Shown: one piece after another, positions 26,616 through 36,510 of the stretch
Layout: each line of letters opens with the position of its first letter
Numbering within the stretch: the stretch's first letter is position 1
Assembly (NCBI GenBank): GCA_012959435.1
Contig: DUDF01000113.1
Coordinates: 3,730-67,729 of the forward strand
DNA length: 64,000 bases
Origin: Candidatus Poseidoniales archaeon
GTDB taxonomy: Archaea; Thermoplasmatota; Poseidoniia; Poseidoniales; Thalassarchaeaceae
Direction of reading: 5' to 3'
Notes under the pieces: generated by a model
What the model was told of the DNA's origin: nothing
Seen by the model: the letters and a program-made list of their open reading frames with translations, nothing else
Databases searched by the model: none
Position numbers and translations under genes: made by a program

Positions 26616-28271
26616 TTGGCTGTAAGTAAATCCAATGTTGCGGTTCTTGCTGAAGAGCCAATAAGAATTGGTTCTGGTGGGGGTTTTTGGGGTGACCGAC
26701 CGCTTGCACCAGTGGACCTCCTCAAAAGCGATGATTTGGATTATATGATGATTGATTACCTCGCTGAATTAACTCTCTCCATCATGGCCAAACAGAAGCG
26801 TCGTGACCCAAGTTCTGGCTGGGCTACCGATCTTGAAATATGGCTTGCAGCAGGTGGAATTGATGCACTACGGAAAAAATCGGTGAAGTTGGTTACTAAC
26901 GGAGGCGGTGCAAATCCCGAATCCTGTGCAAGGATGGTTCTAGAACAAGCGGCAAAAATAGGTTGGCATGAATGCAAGGTGGCGGTGATATCAGGTGACG
27001 ATATACTTCCAAGACTTGATTATCTATTGAAAAATGGAGAAGAATTAACTCATTTTGAGAGTGGAGAAACAATATCTGATAATGGGGCCGAGATGATGTC
27101 TGCAAACGCCTATCTCGGCGCCGGCCCAATCGCATCAGCACTGGAAATCGGTGCTGATATCATTATCACGGGACGAGTTGCTGATGCGAGTCTTCTAGTC
27201 GGTTGTATGTTACATTCAGCAGGATGGGCCTACAACGCCTTCCAACTCGGTTTGACTCGAGAATCACCAGTCGTAGATTGGGCACCAAAGCATATCACAA
27301 ATCCTCTCGATATTCTAGCACAATGGACCATCGCAGGACATTTGATAGAATGCGGCGCTCAGGTTTGTGGTGGAAATTATTCTAACTGGGATGAAGTACC
27401 AAACCTTGCAGCCCTAACTCTACCGATAGCTGAAATCTATCTCAATAGTGATGTGAAAATCACTCGAGGGAAGGGCGGAGGTGGTATGGTGAATAGAAAA
27501 ATAGTTTCTGAACAATTGATCTATGAAATTGGAGACCCTGAAGCATATATCACACCTGATGTTGTAGTTGATATGCGAAATATCACTATTGAAGATGAAT
27601 CTGAGGATGTGGTGATTGTCACAGGTGCTATTGGCAAACCTGAACCTAAATCTCTGAAAGTCAGTGCCGCCATAGAAGGTGGTTGGTTTGCATCATCCTC
27701 ACTTCTCATTAGTGGGCCAAATGCCTTAGCAAGAGCAACTGCTTGTGATCTCGCTCTGAGAGCGCGGCTTTCTGCCTTAGAAGAATTAGAGATTTACACC
27801 GAATTCATCGGAGGTGGCGTTACATTGCCCAAAAATATCCGCCAGCAATTGTCGCCCATACTAAATCCACCAGAAGTCTTACTACGGTGGGCAGCCACAA
27901 GTCCTAATCGCCGAAATATCACTGATTTTACCCGAGAAGTTGCTCCCCTCGTACTAACTGGACCTGCTGGAGTAGGTGGATATGGAGCTCGAACTAAACC
28001 ACGGCGTCAACTACAATTTTGGCCCACCCTAATCTCAAGAAAGTCTGTCGAGTCATTGGTGAAAATTGAACATCTCACCCACCTTCACATCACACCAGAA
28101 AGTGAACGATTCCATTTCATTCGCAAGCGCACTAGAGGATTCATCTCCCGACTCCAAGATGAACTTGATGAGCGAGAGTGGACCCGCCCAATAGTGAAGA
28201 AACTCGGATGGGAAAGAAATGACTCTATTGCCGACCTAACAATTCTAAAAGAAAAAGAGGTGGAAATTTGA
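26616..28271 (+). CDS. DUF1446 (AtuA-like) protein
   Basis: 551 aa. IRIGSGGGFWGD N-terminal motif. Apparent TTG start. Confidence 0.65.
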   Translation: MAVSKSNVAVLAEEPIRIGSGGGFWGDRPLAPVDLLKSDDLDYMMIDYLAELTLSIMAKQKRRDPSSGWATDLEIWLAAGGIDALRKKSVKLVTNGGGANPESCARMVLEQAAKIGWHECKVAVISGDDILPRLDYLLKNGEELTHFESGETISDNGAEMMSANAYLGAGPIASALEIGADIIITGRVADASLLVGCMLHSAGWAYNAFQLGLTRESPVVDWAPKHITNPLDILAQWTIAGHLIECGAQVCGGNYSNWDEVPNLAALTLPIAEIYLNSDVKITRGKGGGGMVNRKIVSEQLIYEIGDPEAYITPDVVVDMRNITIEDESEDVVIVTGAIGKPEPKSLKVSAAIEGGWFASSSLLISGPNALARATACDLALRARLSALEELEIYTEFIGGGVTLPKNIRQQLSPILNPPEVLLRWAATSPNRRNITDFTREVAPLVLTGPAGVGGYGARTKPRRQLQFWPTLISRKSVESLVKIEHLTHLHITPESERFHFIRKRTRGFISRLQDELDEREWTRPIVKKLGWERNDSIADLTILKEKEVEI

Positions 28272-28669
28272 GCGAAATAGTTTGGATTCCCCTTTCAGAT
28301 TTAGCTCATGGAAGATCCGGTGACAAAGGTGACTCATTCAACATCGGACTTATCGCACACAAAAAAAAGTGGCTAGAAATTCTCGAGGTTTCTGTAACCC
28401 CAAAACTGCTAGACGAGTGGTATGGTGATTCTGTGACTGGTTTAATTTCGGTCTGGTCAATGCCTGGAATTGGGGCGATTAACTGCCTTTTGCGAGGAGG
28501 TTTAGGCGGCGGTGCTACGACTTCCCTGATGCTTGATGCGCAAGGAAAGATATGGGGTCAATCTATTCTAAGGATGCGCGTTCCAGTAAACAGAAAACTG
28601 GCTTCTGAGTTAGGTGTATCGCTAAATAATCAATCTGAAAACCAATGGGATATGTCCCACATCATTTGA
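28268..28669 (+). CDS. DUF4387-like small protein, partner of the DUF1446 protein
   Basis: 133 aa. AHGRSGDKGD motif. Overlaps the upstream stop by 4 nt. Confidence 0.55.
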   Translation: MSEIVWIPLSDLAHGRSGDKGDSFNIGLIAHKKKWLEILEVSVTPKLLDEWYGDSVTGLISVWSMPGIGAINCLLRGGLGGGATTSLMLDAQGKIWGQSILRMRVPVNRKLASELGVSLNNQSENQWDMSHII

Positions 28670-28688
28670 TAGAATTTTAAAACAAACC

Positions 28689-31600
28689 TCAATCAAGTTC
28701 TACCATAGATGGTATATCATCATTTGATATTACTTCGGCATCTACTTCTTCCGTGAAATCAAGCGGTTCTTCATCTCCTACTGGGCCTGCAGAATCATCT
28801 TCTTCATCAAATTCTGAATCTTCATCATCACCAAATCCACCGACACCCCATGATTCAATCATTTGCAAATCAGCAGCAAGGCGGCGTTTACGGGAAAAGG
28901 TGTAGAACACGCCGCCACCAACAGCCAATCCAAGAAGACCAAGGATGATAGCAACTGTACTATCCATGATGACATCAAAGAATGATGATTGCTGCGAAGC
29001 ACCTTCAACCCTGATGGTAGATGACAGACGGTTTGAAAGGTGCGGCTCTTCTTCCGGTCCATCACGGCAAATTACCTCAATGTTCACCCATCCATCACGA
29101 CCTGGTGTCATCTTCACCTGTCCTGTCCACGTACTGTCAATAGCAACACCATCTGGTTCTACACCATCATCGGAAAGTGAAAATTCGATCTCAATTCCAC
29201 CCTGGGATGCCCAGCCAACACATTCCCAAGTAGTCATATCTGCATCAAGTACGAAAGCCCGCGTAGTAATTATCGATTCAACGCCAACAGTCAATGTGCC
29301 CGGCTCTACTAACAAATCATCCAATACCGGCCATGAATCTTCAACAGTAATGTTAGCGAAAGCCCAAGTTGAAGCACCTCTACTATCTTTCACCTGAAGT
29401 GAAATTAGATGTATTCCCGGCGCCAAAGTCTGATTGGCCATCTCTGTCTCATTCAACAATACAGCAGATGCACCTTGGCCAAGGTACCAACGATAGAGAA
29501 TTATATCTTCATCGGCATCCCATGATTCGTTCGCATTTAGCAAAATGTTTGCACCGGGTGAAATTGTTTCTCCCTCTTGAGGTGAGGAAATAATAGCCAT
29601 CGGCGGAGATGCGAGAACCTTCAAAGAGCGTGTCTCATTTCTACTCATTCCAGTTTCATCTGTAACAGTGAAAGTTAGTATGTGGTCACCCGATGGAACG
29701 TACCTTGAGTACCAGAAATTTGGATTTACAGCATCAAGTACTGGCTCGGAAAGCAAGTTAGAAGTAACTGAAAAAGTAAAGTTATCACCATCAGGATCCC
29801 ATGATTGTTGAGGGTCAAAAAGTACCACTTCATTGCTGATAACTTCAATTCCATCGTCTGGCGAGGAAAGCACTAGAATCGGGGCACTGGTAGATACTTC
29901 AATGGTCATAGAATCGGTTACAGGAGAATTTACCCCATCTGAAACGGTGAGAGTTACTACATTGGTCCCACTGGGTAAACGAGCCTCTACCTGCCAATCA
30001 CCACCGAATGGGTCACTCAGTAAGTCGCTAGTCCATTCCGGAGTTACTGTATCAGGCATCGAAGGAGTACCGGGGTTACACAACCACCCTGTTGACATTT
30101 CAGGGAAGGCTTCAGCGCATGGTGCATCCCAATCACCTGAGCCAAATGCTGAGAAAAGAACAAGGTCGGCTGATTCAATGCTATCGCTCGGCGTCGGTAA
30201 TTCTATGTGGGCTAGAGGAGGAGAATTGAGGACCTCCACCTCAACTTCGAATGGTGTTGACCACTGATTGATATGGTATGAATCATCATCTGAAAGCCGT
30301 AATTGAATGGTGTGGGTACCCTGGCTGAGATGTCCTGTCCACATAAGGGGGGTTGACATTGAGGTATTCAAGTCACCATCAAGGTCAGAATTCCACCATG
30401 CAAAAACCATATCCCCTTCAGGGTCAAACGATGTTGAGCCGTCGAGTATGACGACTGACTGGGAGAGATTGGAGTCACGGCTAACAATGAACGAAGGGTG
30501 GGGGTACTCATTCTGAACCTCCACTGAGAGGTTGTAGTAAATCGTCGGGTTAAGGCCGTCAGAGAAAACTATCGTGTAGGTGAACTCCCTGCCGGGTGCT
30601 AGCTCAAACGTCCTATTCCATTCAAGCGGGTAAGTCGCTGAAACTTGAATTCCTGCCTGCTCATAATCAGTCCACTCACCTGTCTGAATCAAGTCACCCT
30701 CTGCGTCAGTGGTATCGCTAGCGTTAACATGCAGATTTTCAGTGTAGTTGAGGCGTAATACCCCATCCCAGTCTAAAGGAGGGGTTGTCGTTAAGATGAC
30801 CGAGGGTGGCAGATTAACGAACTCGATTGTTCGTGTCTCGTAAGCACAATTTCCTTGGTCGTCACACACTTCTAGAGTGATTTGGTGAATTCCATCAGTA
30901 AGCGTACAGTTCGTGTACCCACTACCCCCTTGGCCTTGACCAGCATTCGGCCCATTGACCAACAAGTCTCCAGGCACACCCCCGCTGCCGCCATTACAGA
31001 AGAAACTGGTATCGCCATCAATATCACTCGCCCATTGGAAAGTTATTGGGTCGTTGTCCAAATCCCAAGAGTTGCTGGCATTGAACCAGATTTCCGCGCC
31101 TGAACTAGTCACTGTCCCGTTGAGCGGTTCATCCCAGATAATTAGCGGTGGCTGATTGACAAGAGTAATTGTACACAAGTGCATCATCAAATCTTGATTT
31201 AGTGCATCTGGACCAGTTGTTCCCTGAGTATTATCATACCAACATTCTGTGGAAAAATCAGTCACCGCAGATGCGCCTGTTAGTGTATGTCTTTGTCCAA
31301 CAAAAGGTCCAAGAATTTTGTTACCTCCGTAAGGTACTGCAGTAGAGAAATCACTCTCAAACTGTGAAAATGATGTGTTTACAATCGCATATGGCAAACC
31401 ATGACCAAACTGATTTACAATCCACAAATCAACAAACCACATTTCATCGAAGGTCACACTGGGTGCCAATGTTGGAATTGTCACTTGACTTGAAATTGCA
31501 CGAACATAACTCTGCCCAGTAATTGAAAATGGCACACTACCTTGAATGTAATCTGTTAGATTTAGATCGCTTCCTGAAATTGATACGCTACCAGTACATC

Positions 31601-33584
31601 CCGAAACATCCAAGCCCCAAGTGTCCAGTTTAGGAAGATTTGAAATTGATAAACAATTATTTCCAGTCAGCGTACTGTTACCTAACTTTGAATCAAGAGT
31701 TCTCCCAGTCCATTGTATCCCAGAGTGGACCCCATACAGATTGATTCCCTCTAGTCTTGCATCAGTGTCATCAAGCAAAATGGCTGGGGCTGTAGCTGAT
31801 AGATTCACATAGATTTCAGCACCATCAATATCAACCCAGCCATTCCAATTCATGTTTGAATCGTCGATGACTATCGCTGACTGTCCTTGAACTACATTAG
31901 GGTCATGCACTTCCAAATCAACAAATTGGATATCAACTGAATCCTCAACCCTTACAGCCCCCCAATTATCATCAATTGATGTACACTGAGAACACTGCAC
32001 ATTGGTTCCAGCAAACATACCATACTGATTACTTTCAACAAAAACCATTCCTGCTCCATTCTGAGCACTAGGGGCCGAATATCCATTGTGGCGGGATTCA
32101 AAATTTTGCAAATCTAATCGATTTGAGTTACTAACACGCAACCCAGAATAGCCGTTATTTTGAGATAAAACGTCCGAAACCGAGGGGAATGCATCCTGAA
32201 TAAGTAATCCTTCGTTACCGTTATTTTGAGTGGTCCACCCTGAACCACTAACATCCCCCTTAGATACAAAAATACCAACACCAGGTGATTCAGAAACGGT
32301 TAGATTTTGTATTGATGGGCCACCATTATTACTACTCCGCATGAAGAATCCTGCACGCTCATTTGTACCTCCTATGAGTGCACCTGAATTCCTAATTGTG
32401 GTGTTAATAAAACTCGTAGATGGATCAGTCATGTACATTTTCACACCATTGATTGTATTGTCGTGGATATTCACATCTTCAAACCAACCACCACTAGTAT
32501 TGAGGAAAACAGTACCATATGCCAAGCCAGGTGATGATGCATTGGGCCCACCTGTTCCAAACACTTCCAAATTATGGAAACGCCCCATCATGTAGGTTGA
32601 ATAGTTGAAACGGTCCGATTTAGTCATCATTACTGCTGAATATTGTGAATCCCCCACTACTACATCTCTGAATACAGGACGGGTAATCAGGGTATCAGTC
32701 GCATGAAGAACATAAATCCCATTATCACATTTTGAAATGATGACATCTTCAATCAGCGGCAAAGAGTCTTCAACAAATATTGCAGCTGAAATATTCATTG
32801 TCGCTCCACCAACATTAGTGATGTTTACACCGCGAATGACGCCACCACTATTGCCCCAATATGAAATTGCACGAGTGATTTGATTAGTGAAATTAACATC
32901 TTCAATAAATGGTGCTGAACTAGCGCCGATGGAGAGGCCAATTCCATAGCGCCAATTGGTCATGCTTCCATGCACATCTTGACCACCTCCAGCGAAGGTG
33001 GTTCGACGAATTACAGGATTCGCCCAATCAAACAAATCAATTGCAACTAAATCCACATTGTTGAATAAAGAGTCTTCAATAACTGGATCACTGTTGTATA
33101 TCGTAATGCCAAATTGTGCGTCATTGATGGTGACATTTCGGAGAGATGAGCCTCTATTACGACTAGTTGAATTGAATTGAAAACCATTGTGCCAAGTAAA
33201 TCCTGATTGAACTCCTACTATAATCGGGTCAACCGCAGTACCATCTGCTACAATTTTACCCTCAACATAAATTCTGACCCCTGGGCCCAATTGTAGGATT
33301 GTACCAGCATATATTCGTAATTCATCACCAGCAGCAACAGTGAAATCATTGTTGATATCCATTGTGCCTGACCAAATTATTAGTGCCTTTGAAGAAGTGG
33401 GCAACGAATCATCATTAGAGTCTAATTGAGAATTTTCAACAACGGAAAAAACAGATACAAGCGAGGAGAGCGTCATCATCAGAGTGAAGATAATCGCAGT
33501 TCTCACACCCCTGACCATACTAATACCACGCCACGCACACCATGTTTGATGATTCCCCTCTTCTGTATCGGTCATGAATCCCAA
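28689..33584 (-). CDS. Giant adhesin-like surface protein with right-handed beta-helix (PbH1) repeats and PKD/Ig-like domains, C-terminal TM and acidic tail
   Basis: 1631 aa. Probable true start at the internal Met (about 33518, MVRGVRTAIIFTLMM signal). NVTINDAQFGITIYNSDPVIEDSLFNNVDLVAIDL-type repeats. TM VAIILGLLGLAVGGGVFYTF. Tail SRKRR...WGVGGFGDDEDSEFDEEDD. Confidence 0.82.
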   Translation of the reverse strand: MGFMTDTEEGNHQTWCAWRGISMVRGVRTAIIFTLMMTLSSLVSVFSVVENSQLDSNDDSLPTSSKALIIWSGTMDINNDFTVAAGDELRIYAGTILQLGPGVRIYVEGKIVADGTAVDPIIVGVQSGFTWHNGFQFNSTSRNRGSSLRNVTINDAQFGITIYNSDPVIEDSLFNNVDLVAIDLFDWANPVIRRTTFAGGGQDVHGSMTNWRYGIGLSIGASSAPFIEDVNFTNQITRAISYWGNSGGVIRGVNITNVGGATMNISAAIFVEDSLPLIEDVIISKCDNGIYVLHATDTLITRPVFRDVVVGDSQYSAVMMTKSDRFNYSTYMMGRFHNLEVFGTGGPNASSPGLAYGTVFLNTSGGWFEDVNIHDNTINGVKMYMTDPSTSFINTTIRNSGALIGGTNERAGFFMRSSNNGGPSIQNLTVSESPGVGIFVSKGDVSGSGWTTQNNGNEGLLIQDAFPSVSDVLSQNNGYSGLRVSNSNRLDLQNFESRHNGYSAPSAQNGAGMVFVESNQYGMFAGTNVQCSQCTSIDDNWGAVRVEDSVDIQFVDLEVHDPNVVQGQSAIVIDDSNMNWNGWVDIDGAEIYVNLSATAPAILLDDTDARLEGINLYGVHSGIQWTGRTLDSKLGNSTLTGNNCLSISNLPKLDTWGLDVSGCTGSVSISGSDLNLTDYIQGSVPFSITGQSYVRAISSQVTIPTLAPSVTFDEMWFVDLWIVNQFGHGLPYAIVNTSFSQFESDFSTAVPYGGNKILGPFVGQRHTLTGASAVTDFSTECWYDNTQGTTGPDALNQDLMMHLCTITLVNQPPLIIWDEPLNGTVTSSGAEIWFNASNSWDLDNDPITFQWASDIDGDTSFFCNGGSGGVPGDLLVNGPNAGQGQGGSGYTNCTLTDGIHQITLEVCDDQGNCAYETRTIEFVNLPPSVILTTTPPLDWDGVLRLNYTENLHVNASDTTDAEGDLIQTGEWTDYEQAGIQVSATYPLEWNRTFELAPGREFTYTIVFSDGLNPTIYYNLSVEVQNEYPHPSFIVSRDSNLSQSVVILDGSTSFDPEGDMVFAWWNSDLDGDLNTSMSTPLMWTGHLSQGTHTIQLRLSDDDSYHINQWSTPFEVEVEVLNSPPLAHIELPTPSDSIESADLVLFSAFGSGDWDAPCAEAFPEMSTGWLCNPGTPSMPDTVTPEWTSDLLSDPFGGDWQVEARLPSGTNVVTLTVSDGVNSPVTDSMTIEVSTSAPILVLSSPDDGIEVISNEVVLFDPQQSWDPDGDNFTFSVTSNLLSEPVLDAVNPNFWYSRYVPSGDHILTFTVTDETGMSRNETRSLKVLASPPMAIISSPQEGETISPGANILLNANESWDADEDIILYRWYLGQGASAVLLNETEMANQTLAPGIHLISLQVKDSRGASTWAFANITVEDSWPVLDDLLVEPGTLTVGVESIITTRAFVLDADMTTWECVGWASQGGIEIEFSLSDDGVEPDGVAIDSTWTGQVKMTPGRDGWVNIEVICRDGPEEEPHLSNRLSSTIRVEGASQQSSFFDVIMDSTVAIILGLLGLAVGGGVFYTFSRKRRLAADLQMIESWGVGGFGDDEDSEFDEEDDSAGPVGDEEPLDFTEEVDAEVISNDDIPSMVELD

Positions 33585-33671
33585 TAATATAGGGTCAGTC
33601 CACCTTATTTTTAATTAAAATAGTGAAAGGGAATATCATGTGGTAGCAAATGATTTACTGAAAATAGTTAC

Positions 33672-34181
33672 CTAATCTACTTCAACTACTGTGAAAGGAA
33701 TTCCACGTTCCTCTACCATCTCAATAACAACTCGAGTCCACTTACTTGTAGGTGAAGGAAAAGCGATGACATGGGTTGCTGCATCAAGCAAACGATGTGT
33801 TAGAGATGTGGGTGCTTCGTGACGACCTGAATCCTCCAATCCCTTTCTTGGCACACCCCATTCTTCATTGAACACTGCATGTGGAACATTGTTATTCTCA
33901 GCCCATCGTTCACCTAGATAATCTACCCCACTCGCGCCACCTGTGATTACTAAATCCGGGTGTGCTTCCTTCTGGGTCCATTTTTCAATCGCTTCTTCCA
34001 CTACAGAGAAATCATAAAATCTGCTTGAACCTACTATTACGAGATTAATTATTCTGCCATCTTCGTTCAAATCCTTGCCACCGAGGCGGCCAAGGACATC
34101 GCGCCCCGATTCTCCCATCATATTGACAGATAGAGGCATGAGGAAATAAACCCATGCATATATCAAGGTGATTCTGGACAA
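33672..34181 (-). CDS. DUF2493/SLOG-family protein
   Basis: About 150 aa if started at MMGESG (about 34121). LVITGGASGVDYLGERWA...EWGVPRKGLEDSGRHEAPTSLTHRLLDAATHVIAF matches the DUF2493 pattern (GGAxGaD...dW...G..AG..RN). Confidence 0.6.
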   Translation of the reverse strand: MSRITLIYAWVYFLMPLSVNMMGESGRDVLGRLGGKDLNEDGRIINLVIVGSSRFYDFSVVEEAIEKWTQKEAHPDLVITGGASGVDYLGERWAENNNVPHAVFNEEWGVPRKGLEDSGRHEAPTSLTHRLLDAATHVIAFPSPTSKWTRVVIEMVEERGIPFTVVEVD

Positions 34182-34250
34182 AAACCGTTCTCAAAAGGCA
34201 ACTTCTGTTAACAGATGAGATTATGATGGGGTGGTCAGTCGGCGGCAAAC

Positions 34251-34484
34251 ATGGAGACGGCTTTCATCCTTCTAAAAACTGAGCCGGCTCGTGAAAGAGA
34301 AGTTTATTCAGCCCTCGTTGATGTTCCTCAAGTGGTTGAAACTCACGCCCTCTATGGAGAATATGATTTACTTGCAATTGTGAAATGTGAGACCTCAAAA
34401 AAATTGACATCTATTCTTATGAAACAATTACGCCAAATTGAAGGTGTACGTGAAACTGAAACCCTAATTGCAGTGGATTATTGA
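34251..34484 (+). CDS. Stand-alone Lrp/AsnC C-terminal (RAM) ligand-binding domain protein
   Basis: 77 aa. AFILLKTEP...YSALVDVPQVVETHALYGEYDLLAIVK...EGVRETETLIAV, a classic RAM fold with no HTH. Confidence 0.72.
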   Translation: METAFILLKTEPAREREVYSALVDVPQVVETHALYGEYDLLAIVKCETSKKLTSILMKQLRQIEGVRETETLIAVDY

Positions 34485-34493
34485 GGTGATAAG

Positions 34494-34727
34494 ATGGCTG
34501 TAGGATTTGTTCTAATTGTGACAAAAGCAGGGTTTGAGCGAAATGTTCGCTCATCCCTTGACAGTATCAAACTCGTCACTGGGCGCTGGGGCGTCTTTGG
34601 TGAATTTGACATCATCACCAAAGTTGAAGCGGAAGATGATGCGGCTCTTACCCGCTGTATTGTAGAAGAAATTAGAACCATTGAGGGAATTACCGAAACT
34701 CGCACCCTCATTGGTGCAGAAATCTAA
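34494..34727 (+). CDS. Stand-alone Lrp/AsnC RAM domain protein (paralog of upstream gene)
   Basis: 77 aa. GFVLIVTKAGFERNV...VTGRWGVFGEFDIITKVEAED...EGITETRTLI. Confidence 0.72.
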   Translation: MAVGFVLIVTKAGFERNVRSSLDSIKLVTGRWGVFGEFDIITKVEAEDDAALTRCIVEEIRTIEGITETRTLIGAEI

Positions 34728-36505
34728 GAATCATGCAAATGGCTATGGATTCTTTGCGCTAATTCCTTTCCAATTCCTGGGACTTGGCGGAGATCAAGCA
34801 CGCTAGCATGGTCTATCCCTTTTCGTCCCCCAAAATTCCTTAGAAGGGCCTGCAATTTTTTTGCGCCTAACCCTTCAACCTCTTCTAATGGGTCAAGTAA
34901 AGCGGTTTTCCCTCTTCTTTTCCTGTGAAACTTATTGACAAAACGGTGAGCCTCATCACGAGCATAGACCAGTAACCTACCCCGCTTATCCAGTACTATT
35001 GGAGAATGGCCATTGCGGTACAATGTCTCTTCTTTTTTAGCTAGAGCAGCAAGTGGGATACGCTCTTTCAAACCATGTTTTTCAAGTAGGTCAGAAATTG
35101 TTGAAAGATGAGTTTCACCCCCGTCAATTAATAGCAAGTCAGGCCATTCTTCTTGCCGTTTCAACCACCTCTCAACTACCTCCCTCATCATTCTGAGGTC
35201 ATCGAATACTTCACCTCTAACACGGTATGTCCGGTATTCCTTTTTATCCGGTCTACCACCACGCAGTGTCACACATGCACCTACTTTTTCCGACCCTTGA
35301 AGTTGCGCCATATCAAAGCAAACTACAGTATCCAATGATTCCATCCCTAGATACTCTGCTGCTTCCACTGCCGAGCGATTTTCAAGATTTCCAGCAGCTC
35401 GTTTGTCAACGACTCTTTGAGCCTGCATCTCTGCATTTTGGTCGGCTAATGCCCTGAGAATTGCCAACTCACCACGGTGTGGAACTCTGACTTCAACTGC
35501 ACCATTCCGACGCTCTTTCAGCCATTCATCTAGTTGCTGTCCGATAGGTGTAGGCGTGAGAATTTTGGCTGGTGGACGACGCGAATGATAGTGTTCTGAT
35601 AATATGAGACTGATGGATTCTGAAATATCCCCTCTGTGCAAGAGTGGATAATGGGTTTTCCCTGTGACTACTCCTTGTTTTGCATGCAGAAACACTACGG
35701 CACCAATATCGCCACGACTGCCAAAACCGATGGCATCTACATCTTGATAAAACCTGCTAGAAACCACTTTTTGTGAAAGGGTTCGCTGTACTGAAGCAAT
35801 TAAATCACGACTTCTTGCCGCCTCTTCAAATTGCATTTGTTCACTTGCCAAATCCATTTCTTCTTGCAATGTGGCTAGAAGTAATTCAGCATTTCCTTCC
35901 ATCACTTGAGTAACAGCCTCAACTTGTTGGCCATAACCTGTTGCATCAATACAGGGTGCGGAACACAATCCAATGTGCATTGCCAAACAACCCTGTGGAA
36001 GCAGACTAGGACAATCTCTGACTCCGAATTGGCGCCTTAATAGTTGGATAACTCGTTTAGCAGCTCCTGCATCGGGAAATGGCCCCCACAGCCTCGCATT
36101 TTCAGGCGGATGGCGTGTGTATATGATTCGGGGGACATCTTCATCTGTGATAGCGATGAATGGATATGACTTATCATCTGTCATCAATGAATTGTATTTT
36201 GGTTTGTGGCTACGAATTAGTTCACGCTCTAGAGTTAACGCTTCGCGCGGATTTGGGGTCACAATGCAATCAACATGGTCTGCCTCTCCAACCATTTTCG
36301 GAATCATATTGCGGTCAGGATTATTTGAAAAATAAGATTTAACCCGTTCTTTCAAAACGGTTGCTTTACCAACATATAGAACCCTTCCATCGTCACGCTT
36401 GAAGAGGTATACACCCGGCTTTGAGGGCAGATGCAACTTCGATGCATCCACTGACATAAGACAAACGGAGAAGGTGAAGGGAAAAGAACCCACGCCTCGC
36501 CTCAC
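34724..36505 (-). CDS. uvrC: Excinuclease ABC subunit C
   Basis: GIY-YIG N-terminus (GVYLFKRDDGRVLYVGKATVLKERVKSYF). UvrC RNase-H-like and HhH regions (RDEAHRFVNKFHRKRR...LGAKKLQALL). Probable true start at the internal Met (about 36457). Confidence 0.88.
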   Translation of the reverse strand: MRRGVGSFPFTFSVCLMSVDASKLHLPSKPGVYLFKRDDGRVLYVGKATVLKERVKSYFSNNPDRNMIPKMVGEADHVDCIVTPNPREALTLERELIRSHKPKYNSLMTDDKSYPFIAITDEDVPRIIYTRHPPENARLWGPFPDAGAAKRVIQLLRRQFGVRDCPSLLPQGCLAMHIGLCSAPCIDATGYGQQVEAVTQVMEGNAELLLATLQEEMDLASEQMQFEEAARSRDLIASVQRTLSQKVVSSRFYQDVDAIGFGSRGDIGAVVFLHAKQGVVTGKTHYPLLHRGDISESISLILSEHYHSRRPPAKILTPTPIGQQLDEWLKERRNGAVEVRVPHRGELAILRALADQNAEMQAQRVVDKRAAGNLENRSAVEAAEYLGMESLDTVVCFDMAQLQGSEKVGACVTLRGGRPDKKEYRTYRVRGEVFDDLRMMREVVERWLKRQEEWPDLLLIDGGETHLSTISDLLEKHGLKERIPLAALAKKEETLYRNGHSPIVLDKRGRLLVYARDEAHRFVNKFHRKRRGKTALLDPLEEVEGLGAKKLQALLRNFGGRKGIDHASVLDLRQVPGIGKELAQRIHSHLHDS

Positions 36506-36510
36506 ACTAC

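Noticed and set aside
28260-28272. Possible read-through fusing the DUF1446 and DUF4387 ORFs
   Set aside because: By my own base counting, the junction looked as if it might keep the frame open. The provided ORF track, computed from the sequence, shows a stop and a 4-nt overlap. I trust the track and attribute the discrepancy to my manual indexing.
34724-36505. Long N-terminal extension of uvrC ORF (start 36505) nearly abutting the divergent gene
   Set aside because: The GIY-YIG domain begins right after an internal Met (about 36457). The extension (MRRGVGSFPFTFSVCL) is probably untranslated promoter sequence.
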